Below are positions 53,049 through 61,032 of a stretch of DNA of 64,000 nucleotides, piece after piece. The stretch comes from an uncultured delta proteobacterium (lineage in GTDB: Bacteria > Myxococcota_A > Polyangia > Polyangiales > Polyangiaceae): contig CAWJCS010000006.1 of assembly GCA_963841435.1 (NCBI GenBank), positions 1,600,001-1,664,000 on the forward strand. Reading direction: 5' to 3'. Position numbers and translations under genes: made by a program. The first letter of the stretch is position 1, and each line of letters begins with the position of its first letter. Under the pieces are notes generated by a model, which was not told where the DNA came from, made no database searches, and saw nothing but the letters and a program-made list of their open reading frames with translations.

Positions 53049-54181
53049 AGATTCGAGCCTTTTCTCGAGGCCTGTTCACCCACGGGAAGGTCGAGGTCGG
53101 CGCGGGCTTTCGACAGCGCGACGGGCGGGGGTCGAACGCTGACGTGGAGCCCACACTCGCGCTGGGTCGCCTCTTCCCACCACCAGCGACCCGCGCGCTC
53201 GTGCTCGCCGGGGCGCATCGCGCGCGTGCAAGGCTCGCAGCCGATCGACACGAACCCCTGCGCGTGCAGCGGATTGGTCGGCGCGCCGTGCTTGGTCAGG
53301 TATGCCCAGGTGTCGGAGAGCGTCCAGTTCGCGAGCGGGTTCGACTTGAGCAGCGCGCCCCCGGGTCCGCCATGCACGGTGTCGAGCTCGAACTTCTCGA
53401 CGTCGGCTCGTGTCGGGCTCTGATCGCGGCGTTGCCCGCTGATCCAGGCACGATAACCGATGAGCGCGCGCCCGAGCGGCTCGACCTTGCGAATCGCGCA
53501 GCACTGGCCGTGTCCGTCCTCGTAGAAGCTGAAGAGCCCCTTCTTGCGCACGAGGGCTTCGACGGCGACCCGCTCTGGGAACACGAAGTCGATGTCGACC
53601 TTGTAGTGGGTGCGCACCTGATCGATGAAGCGATAGGTCTCCGGGTGAAGGCGTCCGGTGTCGAGGGTGAACACCGAGAACGGGTAGCCCGTCGCGCAGG
53701 CCAGATCGATCAGCGCGACGTCCTCGGCGCCGCTGAAGGCGATGCCTGCGGCCTTGCCGTAGCGCTCGAGCAAGTAGGCGATGACCTCCCTCGGCTCCGC
53801 GCGAACGAAACGCTCGTTTAGTGCGGCGACCTCGTCGGCGTCGAGCTTCGTCGCCGCGCCGTTCTCCGCGCCTGGGGCGCCGCTCGTCGCGGGCAAAGGA
53901 CCCGAGGCGGCGGCAGGCGCGAGCCGATGCGAAATCAGCTCGAGCACGCTCGTGAAAAGCTCCTCGCGGCGATCGTCCCGCACGATGAAAAAGGGCGCGA
54001 GCATCACACCCCGCGAGCGGGCGAGCGCCATGCCGGGCGATTCGGGGTCCGCCTCGCGGGCAAGGACGACCTCGTCGATGAGCTGCCAGAGGCCGCGGCG
54101 GCGGAGCAGGGCTTCTGCCTGAGCGCACTTTTGGCACGGGCTACCGTCCAGAAGCTCCTTCTTGATCATCGTGACGTGCAT
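53045..54181 (-). CDS. cysH: [4Fe-4S] adenylyl-sulfate (APS) reductase with an N-terminal CxxC domain
   Basis: AFSGAED, LDTGRL, CCAIRKVEPL, SIGCEPCT, RAGRWWWE, RECGLH. Confidence 0.93.
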   Translation of the reverse strand: MHVTMIKKELLDGSPCQKCAQAEALLRRRGLWQLIDEVVLAREADPESPGMALARSRGVMLAPFFIVRDDRREELFTSVLELISHRLAPAAASGPLPATSGAPGAENGAATKLDADEVAALNERFVRAEPREVIAYLLERYGKAAGIAFSGAEDVALIDLACATGYPFSVFTLDTGRLHPETYRFIDQVRTHYKVDIDFVFPERVAVEALVRKKGLFSFYEDGHGQCCAIRKVEPLGRALIGYRAWISGQRRDQSPTRADVEKFELDTVHGGPGGALLKSNPLANWTLSDTWAYLTKHGAPTNPLHAQGFVSIGCEPCTRAMRPGEHERAGRWWWEEATQRECGLHVSVRPPPVALSKARADLDLPVGEQASRKGSNL

Positions 54182-54306
54182 CGGGGACCCAGGTCTTTGG
54201 GGGTGTTCTAGGCTACCGGAACGGAGGGGCAAGGCCCATGCTTCGGCCCATTTCCCGCCCCCCGGCTTGCGGGACCCGCGCTCTTCGGCTAAAGACCGCC
54301 GGCCCC

Positions 54307-54465
54307 ATGGCGAATCGCGCGATTTGGAACGTTCGACGGCGACACGAATGGCTCGCTACCCCGCTCAAGGGCAAGCGCCTGAAGCGGCGCAAGCGCCTGC
54401 GCATCGGCCTCCAGCAAGCCATGGATCGCAAGCAGCAGCCCGCCGAGCCCGCCGCCGAAGGCTGA
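54307..54465 (+). CDS. Small highly basic protein (52 aa)
   Basis: MANRAIWNVRRRHEWLATPLKGKRLKRRKRLRIGLQQAMDRKQQPAEPAAEG; mostly G/C third positions, especially in the 3' half. Confidence 0.6.
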   Translation: MANRAIWNVRRRHEWLATPLKGKRLKRRKRLRIGLQQAMDRKQQPAEPAAEG

Positions 54466-54511
54466 GCCCGGAAGTTGGCCCCGAATTGTCGGGGCTGATA
54501 GCGGCCAGGCG

Positions 54512-55054
54512 GTGGTGCGCTCCGCCTACTCGCCGCTCCTCGTGCTCGCTCTCGGGGCGAGCGGTTGCCTGAACTGGGGCAAAGTCGACGATGCGAAGGT
54601 CCCCGGTGACCTGCTCGGGACGTACGACGTGTCGGCCAAGCTCGAGCGCTCGACCTGCGGCGACGGCATACTCGGCGCGAGCGATGCGTGGCGCTTCCAG
54701 GTCAAGCTCTCGCGCTTCGAGAACGACCTTTATTGGTTGAACGGGCGCGAGGCCATCGTCGGCAGCATCGAGCGTGACGGTCGATCCTTCAGCTTCGAGA
54801 GCGGCGTCCAGGTCCCCATTCCGCCCGAGGCGGGTGGCGACCCCGACTGCACCGTGCGCCGCGACGACCATGCGAGCGGCAAGCTCTCCAACGAAGGCGT
54901 CAACGTCGAAAGCTTCGAGGGCTCGCTCACGTTTTCCTATCGTGCGCTCGACGCCGCGAGCTGCGAAAGCTGGCTACTCACGCCCGATGCCCCTGCCCGA
55001 CTGCCCTGCGACATCGAGTACCAGATGAGCGCAGAACGAAGCTCGAGCGAATAA
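54512..55054 (+). CDS. Hypothetical lipoprotein
   Basis: Lipobox ASGC; beta-rich sequence with paired Cys; normal codon bias. Confidence 0.8.
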   Translation: MVRSAYSPLLVLALGASGCLNWGKVDDAKVPGDLLGTYDVSAKLERSTCGDGILGASDAWRFQVKLSRFENDLYWLNGREAIVGSIERDGRSFSFESGVQVPIPPEAGGDPDCTVRRDDHASGKLSNEGVNVESFEGSLTFSYRALDAASCESWLLTPDAPARLPCDIEYQMSAERSSSE

Positions 55055-55231
55055 CAGAGCGCGCCACGCGGGCGGCACGTGGCGAGAGCAGAGCGCGGGG
55101 ACCGGTCGAGGGAGCCGCCCGGGTGGGCCGAGCGGCCGAATCGGGCGCGGAGAAAAGCGGCCAACACGCGGTGGAATGGGACGGCGCGCTCGTGGGTTTT
55201 GCTGTGCGACCACGCGGTTTGCGTGCTATGT

Positions 55232-55247
55232 CTGAACCAACGTGCAG
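55232..55247. promoter_or_regulatory. LexA (SOS) box overlapping the predicted start of the structured RNA
   Basis: CTGAACCAACGTGCAG; reverse complement CTGCACGTTGGTTCAG is 15/16 to CTRHAMRYBYGTTCAG; abuts extended -10-like TGCTATGTC (55224-55232). Confidence 0.75.
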
Positions 55248-55645
55248 CATGGAACCTTGGTTCCCGGGCCGGTCCGTCGGGGGGTTACCCTCGAGTGGTG
55301 CATCAGGGATGAAGCCGCGACTCCGCGGCTTCCTTTCGGAAGCGCCCCCATCGAGAACGGTGGCGATGGAGCGCTCGGAAATCGGTTTGGGCGTCTCTCG
55401 CTCTGCCGTTGCTCCGGGGCGTCCGGCCAAGGCCGGAGGAGGTCAGTGCACAATGCATAGATGTTGTACCCCTTGCCCGGAGGTAACCCTCTAGCCTCGG
55501 ACCCCGCGCCTACGGCGCGAGCCTGAGGTATCGGCTGCTGACGCTCTGCACACGGCAAAGCTCGTAGCCGGCCCCCACCCTCCGGGTGTGTCGGGGCTAC
55601 ACCGCGAGCCGGGCGGCCAGGTTGCCGCCCGGCTCGTCTTACTTT
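55240..55645 (+). ncRNA. Putative large structured non-coding RNA of unrecognised class (~400 nt)
   Basis: More than 12 mutually compatible nested helices with many G-U pairs, a possible loop-loop interaction, an upstream promoter-like element and a downstream terminator, in a 700-bp gap with no credible ORF. Confidence 0.65.
55604..55645 (+). terminator. Intrinsic terminator
   Basis: GCGAGCCGGGCGGC-CAGGTT-GCCGCCCGGCTCGT then CTTACTTT. Confidence 0.85.
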
Positions 55646-55763
55646 GTGACGCGGGTGCCCAAAGTGCGGGCGTCGCCTGTTGGGACTGGACATTCGGGCC
55701 AATCTGCTGGAAAAACCTCCGTCGCGTGGGGCGACGGCCCACCTCGCCTGAGGAATCAGCCTG

Positions 55764-57551
55764 ATGATCGAGCACTTGATGGCGCTTGCCGCCGCGCACC
55801 TGCACTCGCTGGGGCTCGGCTCCGATTTTTTCCTTTACGAGCGCTGGGAGGGTCCCTGGTTCGAGAAGGACAACTGGGAACGGGCCATGAAGGGCCTGCG
55901 CATCTTCCTGACGATGTCGGGGGCGCTGTTCCTCATCTACGAGATCCGCGCCCGCCGGCTACGCGAGAAGCTCAGCCTGCGCTTCCGCCGCCGCATCGCG
56001 TACGTGATGACGGCGCTCGCGTTCCTCGTCTACTTCGACTTTTTCAATCCGAACGTCCGCTACGACCAGTACTACCACCGGCACGAGTTTTATCATTACT
56101 ACCTAGGCTCGAAGTTCTCGAAGGAGCTCGGCTATCTCCGGCTCTACGAGTGCACGATGATCGCCGAGATCGAGCTTGGCCGCGGCGCGAGCGTCCGCAA
56201 GCGCGAGGTCAGAGACCTCCGCGTCAACCTCATCAAGCCGGTCGAGGCGACGTACATCGTCAGCGACCCCGATCAGTGCAAGCGCCACTTCACCCCCGCA
56301 CGCTGGGAGGCGTTCAAGAAGGACGTCGACTGGTTCTACCACTCAGCCGCCGGCAGCTATTGGGAGGGCATGCAGAAGGACCACGGGTACAACCCGCCGC
56401 CAGTCTGGACGATGACCGGCAAGTTCTTCGGCAGCTTCGGTCCAGCGGGCGACGGGTATTTCAAGGCCCTCGCCTTCATCGACATCTTCTTCCACCTCGG
56501 CTGCGTGCTGATGTTCGGCTGGGCGTTCGGCTGGAGGGCGATGGCGGTCGCCACGGTGTTCTGGGGCTGTAATGCGCCCGCAAACTTCTACTGGACCGGA
56601 GGAGCGTTCCTCAGACAGGACTGGATCTTCCTTCTGGTCGCGTCTCTCTGTCTGCTCCGGAAGCGAAAGTTCTTCATGGCGGGGTTCGCGCTCACCTGGT
56701 CGGCGTTGCTCCGCATCTTCCCGGGTCTCTTCATTTTCGGCGTCGCGATCATCGTGGGCTTTCACCTGATCGAGAAGATCCGGCAGGCCCGCGCCGGCAA
56801 CCCACCGAAGACGCTGCTCGACTACCTCCACGTCGATCACCGGCGCTTCATCGGCGGGTGCGTCGTGTGCCTGGCGACGCTCGTCCCAGCGAGCATCGTC
56901 GTCACGGGCGGGACGGAAGCCTACAAGGACTTCTACGAGCACACGCTGAAGACCCACCAGCGGACCCCACTGACCAACACCATGGGTCTCGAGACCATGG
57001 TCGAGCACAACTGGGCGGGTCGCATGCGCTTCACGCGCGACGACAACCTCGACGATCCGTTCGAGGGCTGGAAGCAAGGGCGCCTCGACCGCTTCCAGCA
57101 GATGAAGCCCGTATTCTTCGGCATCATCGCAATCATTGCCGCATGGACGGCGTGGGCGCTGCGCCGGACCAAGCTCCTTTGGGTCGGTCTCGCGCTCAGC
57201 GCGCCGATGGTGGTCTGCCTCACGAACGTCACTTGCTACTACTATTCGTTCTGGATGGTGGTCGGAGCGCTCGTGATCGCGCGCCGGCAGATCGGCCCAC
57301 CGCTTTTGGTCGCGAGCGGCGTGAGCCAGATCCTGCTCTACGCGCCGAACGGCTACTATTGGGTCAACGACCGGTACAACGCGCAGTCGTACCTGTTCTT
57401 CGCGCTGTCGCTCGTCGTGCTCTTCGTCTACTCGCGGCCGTTCAGCATCCAGCGTCTGAAGGCGTGGTGGGACCACAAGCCTGAGCCCAAGGGCAAGCTA
57501 AAGCTCCTGGTCTCGTCGGGGCCGCCACCTGCCCCCACGCCGGGCGAATAG
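55764..57551 (+). CDS. Polytopic membrane protein, GT-C/GT87 glycosyltransferase-like
   Basis: HEFYHYYLGSKF, DHGYNPPPVW, WTGGAFLRQDW, LLRIFP, CYYY; over 10 TM segments; GAGG RBS. Confidence 0.7.
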   Translation: MIEHLMALAAAHLHSLGLGSDFFLYERWEGPWFEKDNWERAMKGLRIFLTMSGALFLIYEIRARRLREKLSLRFRRRIAYVMTALAFLVYFDFFNPNVRYDQYYHRHEFYHYYLGSKFSKELGYLRLYECTMIAEIELGRGASVRKREVRDLRVNLIKPVEATYIVSDPDQCKRHFTPARWEAFKKDVDWFYHSAAGSYWEGMQKDHGYNPPPVWTMTGKFFGSFGPAGDGYFKALAFIDIFFHLGCVLMFGWAFGWRAMAVATVFWGCNAPANFYWTGGAFLRQDWIFLLVASLCLLRKRKFFMAGFALTWSALLRIFPGLFIFGVAIIVGFHLIEKIRQARAGNPPKTLLDYLHVDHRRFIGGCVVCLATLVPASIVVTGGTEAYKDFYEHTLKTHQRTPLTNTMGLETMVEHNWAGRMRFTRDDNLDDPFEGWKQGRLDRFQQMKPVFFGIIAIIAAWTAWALRRTKLLWVGLALSAPMVVCLTNVTCYYYSFWMVVGALVIARRQIGPPLLVASGVSQILLYAPNGYYWVNDRYNAQSYLFFALSLVVLFVYSRPFSIQRLKAWWDHKPEPKGKLKLLVSSGPPPAPTPGE

Positions 57552-57560
57552 CCGACCGCG

Positions 57561-58427
57561 TCAGAGCCCGACGGCCGAGCGCAGCTCGGGGCGACCCCGG
57601 ATGCCGAGCGCCATGCGGTAGAGCGTCCCGTCGGGCGTGGCGGCGCCCTCGACGCCTCCGGCGGTCGTGGCGTAGAGCACGTCGAGCTCGGGCCCTCCGA
57701 AGGCCGCTGCCGAGACGCGCGTCACGGGGAACACCAGGCGCTCGAGCACTCGCCCGTCCGGGTCGATCCGAAGCACGCTCGAGGCGCCCCAGCGGGCACT
57801 CCAGAGGCAATCTTCGGCGTCGATCGACAGGCCGTCCGGCGTGCCCTCGCCGTCGGACGCCGTGTAAAAGCGCATGCGGTTGGCGAGGGCGCCCGTCGCG
57901 CGGTCGTAGTCGAAGCGATCGATGGTCTTCGTGGTGCTGCACGTGAAGTAGAAGCGCGAATAATCGTGCGCAAAGCCCATGCCGTTGGCGCAACCCGTGC
58001 CCTTGAACAGGCAGTGCACGCTGCCGTCACGATCGACCCGGTAAAGCCCTCCGCTCTCGCTCGTCTTGCCGATGCTGCCAACGAAGACGCGGCCTTCTGG
58101 ATCGGCCAGGCAATCGTTGAAGCGGGCCATGTCCTGGTCGATGCCCTCGAGGAGCACACGCCGCTCGCCCTCGGGCGAGAGCGAAACCATGCGGTCGGCT
58201 TCGAACAGCAACAGCGAGCCGTCGGCCTGGAACGTGAACCCGCCGACGACCGGGCCCCTGTAAAAGCATTCGTGCTCGAGCGTCGCGTGGTCGAGGCGGA
58301 AAAGACGACCGGTCTCGATGTCGAGCCAGTAGAGCCGCTGCTCCTCGGCGTGCCAGCGGGGATTTTCACCCACCACGCAGTGGTAGTTCGCGAGGGCCTG
58401 GGGAGGGGGCCTCACGGGCCGCGTCAC
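57561..58427 (-). CDS. SMP-30/gluconolactonase/LRE family protein
   Basis: GENPRW, LYWLDI, RFNDCLADPEGR, CANGMGF, PDGLSIDAED, FGGPELDVLYATTA. Confidence 0.93.
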   Translation of the reverse strand: MTRPVRPPPQALANYHCVVGENPRWHAEEQRLYWLDIETGRLFRLDHATLEHECFYRGPVVGGFTFQADGSLLLFEADRMVSLSPEGERRVLLEGIDQDMARFNDCLADPEGRVFVGSIGKTSESGGLYRVDRDGSVHCLFKGTGCANGMGFAHDYSRFYFTCSTTKTIDRFDYDRATGALANRMRFYTASDGEGTPDGLSIDAEDCLWSARWGASSVLRIDPDGRVLERLVFPVTRVSAAAFGGPELDVLYATTAGGVEGAATPDGTLYRMALGIRGRPELRSAVGL

Positions 58428-59098
58428 GCGAGACCGAGAGCGCGGCGAAACCCCGCCAGCACCTCGGGCAGGCCGTCGGGCAACGCCTGAAGCTTCACGT
58501 CGAGGTGCTCGGGGTCGGTCTCGATCGCGCCCACGGTGATGATCGGCAAGACCAGCGACAACGCGCGCTGCAGCCGCTCGTCTTTGGCGATCCTGGGGTG
58601 TTTCATGAGGTCGAGCACCACGCGGTCGTCGCGAGCCTCGACGAGCAAGGCGGGGCGCTTCGGCATGTAGGCGGCGAGGTTGCCGGGCTTGCTGAGATCG
58701 AGCGCGCCCGACCTCAAGAGCGCCGCCACCGGTGTTTCCTGGGTTTCGTCGAGCACGCGCAGCGACACGTCCGCGAGCTTGAGCTCGACGCGCAGGGTGT
58801 CGGGTCCGAAGCGCACGTCCTTGACGAAGACCGTCGCCTTGGCGCGCACCGTCGTTCCCATCAGATCGATGGTCGCGGAAGCGCGGATCCCGGGCGGGAC
58901 GGCAGAGATTTCGATGTCGCGGGGCGCTTTCTTGCCGCTCAGTCTGCCCGCACCCCAGCGCAGCGCCGCGATGGGCACACCGAAGCGCAACCCGACGGCA
59001 TTGCGCGCGGCCCGCAGCAGCTCCTCGGGATGCCGGCGCAGGTACGACGCCAGCGTCTCCACGAGTGGAACCACCAAGGAAGCAATCGGGACGCTCAT
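58424..59098 (-). CDS. Hypothetical protein
   Basis: Clean 224-aa ORF with typical codon bias, GTGA-coupled to the SMP-30 gene. Confidence 0.75.
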   Translation of the reverse strand: MSVPIASLVVPLVETLASYLRRHPEELLRAARNAVGLRFGVPIAALRWGAGRLSGKKAPRDIEISAVPPGIRASATIDLMGTTVRAKATVFVKDVRFGPDTLRVELKLADVSLRVLDETQETPVAALLRSGALDLSKPGNLAAYMPKRPALLVEARDDRVVLDLMKHPRIAKDERLQRALSLVLPIITVGAIETDPEHLDVKLQALPDGLPEVLAGFRRALGLA

Positions 59099-59199
59099 CG
59101 GGGCACGGAGCAAACCACAGCTCTTCTCGGGAGTGGGAGGCAAATCGCCGCGCCCGAGCGGGTGCGACGGACGCCGGGGTTTGCTAACCTCGCCCGGCC

Positions 59200-59940
59200 A
59201 TGCGCGTGCAGAAGCTCGGCGAGCTAACCGTGAGGATCGCTGGAGGGGTGGATCGCGAGGGGGGTGGTGACGGGCCGGTCGTCGTGCTCCTTCACGGCTT
59301 CGGCGCGCCGGGCGCCGATCTCGTGGGGCTGCATCGCGGCATCGTCGTGCCACGGGAAGTGCGCTTCGTGTTTCCCGCCGCACCCATCGCGCTCGAGCCG
59401 AACGCACCCGAGGAGCTCATGCCGCGCGCCTGGTGGCTCATCGACATCCCAGGCCTGCAAAGCGCCATCCGAGAAGGCCGCGCGGTCGAGCTCGCTCGCG
59501 AGACGCCGCCGGGCCTCGATGAGGCGCGCGACAAGATGATGGGCCTACTCACTGCCGTCGAGCAGGAGCTCGGGACGCCCGTGGAACGTGTGGTGCTAGG
59601 CGGGTTCTCCCAGGGCGCCATGCTCGCCTGCGACGTGGCGCTACGCGCCGAGCGGGCACCCGCCGGCCTGGTCATGATGAGCGCGGCGCCCGTTTCGGTG
59701 CCGGAATGGCGGGCGCTCGCGCCTGCGCGAGCGGGTCTTCCCGTCTTGCAGAGCCACGGGCGCGCCAATCCGGTGCTCCCCTTCGCGGGCGGCGAGTACC
59801 TGCGTGACATGCTGCGTGAGGCGGGGCTTGCCGTGGAATGGATCGAGTGGAACGGCGGGCACGGCGTCCCCGACGGCGTGATCGAGCGGCTCGGACCCTT
59901 CATCGCTGCGACGACCGCACCGCGAGAGGCCGCGCCCTAG
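59200..59940 (+). CDS. Phospholipase/carboxylesterase (alpha/beta hydrolase)
   Basis: LLHGFGAPG, RAWW, GGFSQG nucleophile, GGHG. Confidence 0.92.
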   Translation: MRVQKLGELTVRIAGGVDREGGGDGPVVVLLHGFGAPGADLVGLHRGIVVPREVRFVFPAAPIALEPNAPEELMPRAWWLIDIPGLQSAIREGRAVELARETPPGLDEARDKMMGLLTAVEQELGTPVERVVLGGFSQGAMLACDVALRAERAPAGLVMMSAAPVSVPEWRALAPARAGLPVLQSHGRANPVLPFAGGEYLRDMLREAGLAVEWIEWNGGHGVPDGVIERLGPFIAATTAPREAAP

Positions 59941-59976
59941 TCCCGAATTGGGGGATTTTGGCGGAACGGCTCGCGA

Positions 59977-60972
59977 TCAGCGCGGGCCGGCGACTCTAAC
60001 GACGGCGGCTCCGGTGAAGGCGCCGCGCCGCAGATCTTCGAGAGCGCGTGGGGTTTCCGACAGCGAGTAGCTCGTGACCTCGGTCTTCACGGGGACTTTC
60101 GGCGCGATGGCCAAGAAGGCAAGTCCATCGGCGCGCGTGAGGTTCGCGACGGAAGCGACGCTCCGCTCGCCCCACAGAAGCTCGTAGGGAAAGCTCGGGA
60201 TGTCGCTCATGTGGATGCCGGCGCAGACCACGCGACCCCCGCGGTCCACGGCGGCGAGCGCCCGCGGCACGAGCTCCCCGACCGCCGCGAAGATGATGGC
60301 GCCATCCAGGGGCTCGGGCGGGCCCTCGTCGGACCCCCCTGCCCACTCGCAGCCGAGCCGACGAGCGAAGGCCTGTGCGGCCGTGTCGCCGGGACGCGTG
60401 AACGCGAACACGCGGCGTCCCTGGAACCGCGCCACCTGGGCCACGATGTGCGCCGACGCGCCGAAACCGTAGAGCCCCAGTCGCCCGGCGTCGCCCGTCC
60501 GTTGAAGCGCCCGATGGCCGATGAGCCCGGCGCACAGCAGCGGCGCCGCCTGCTCGTCCGGATAGCCCGCCGGGATCGGCAGCGCGAACGCCGCGCAAAC
60601 CACGGCGTGCTCCGCAAATCCGCCGTCGAGGTCGTACCCGGTAAACTTCGCTGTTTCGCAGAGGTTTTCGCGTCCGCTCCGACAGAACCGGCACGTTCCA
60701 CAGGCCCAACCGAGCCAAGGCACGCCCACGCGGTCCCCGACCTCGATGCCCGCGACCCGTTCGCCCAACGCCTCCACCTGCCCGACGATCTGGTGGCCGA
60801 GCACGAGCGGGATCTTCGGGTGCTCGAGCTCGCCGTCGAGGACGTGCAGATCGGTGCGACAGACGCCGCAGACCAGGACCCGGAGCCGCACCTCGTCGGG
60901 GCCGGGGCGCGGCTCGGCGAGCTCCGTTTCGCGGAGCGGGCCCTTCGGACGCTCGAGGACGATGGCGCGCAT
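59977..60972 (-). CDS. Zinc-dependent alcohol dehydrogenase family protein
   Basis: CGVCRTDLH, LGHQIVG, CGTCRFC...ENLC, PLLCAG, GLYGFGASA. Confidence 0.95.
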   Translation of the reverse strand: MRAIVLERPKGPLRETELAEPRPGPDEVRLRVLVCGVCRTDLHVLDGELEHPKIPLVLGHQIVGQVEALGERVAGIEVGDRVGVPWLGWACGTCRFCRSGRENLCETAKFTGYDLDGGFAEHAVVCAAFALPIPAGYPDEQAAPLLCAGLIGHRALQRTGDAGRLGLYGFGASAHIVAQVARFQGRRVFAFTRPGDTAAQAFARRLGCEWAGGSDEGPPEPLDGAIIFAAVGELVPRALAAVDRGGRVVCAGIHMSDIPSFPYELLWGERSVASVANLTRADGLAFLAIAPKVPVKTEVTSYSLSETPRALEDLRRGAFTGAAVVRVAGPR

Positions 60973-61032
60973 GGCCGGAACCGCCCGAGATGGTAGCGTG
61001 CTCCTGGCCGCGTGCTAGGCGAGGCGACCCCG

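Noticed and set aside
55123-55494. 123-aa + strand ORF (and minus-strand ORFs) across the candidate RNA
   Set aside because: Many A/T-ending codons unlike real genes here, no motifs, and the start lies upstream of the promoter-like element; RNA structure explains the sequence better.
55240-55645. Assignment as RNase P RNA, tmRNA, SRP, 6S, cobalamin or lysine riboswitch, or retron msr-msd
   Set aside because: Diagnostic motifs not seen on either strand by eye, and no reverse transcriptase nearby. An Rfam search is still needed to be sure.
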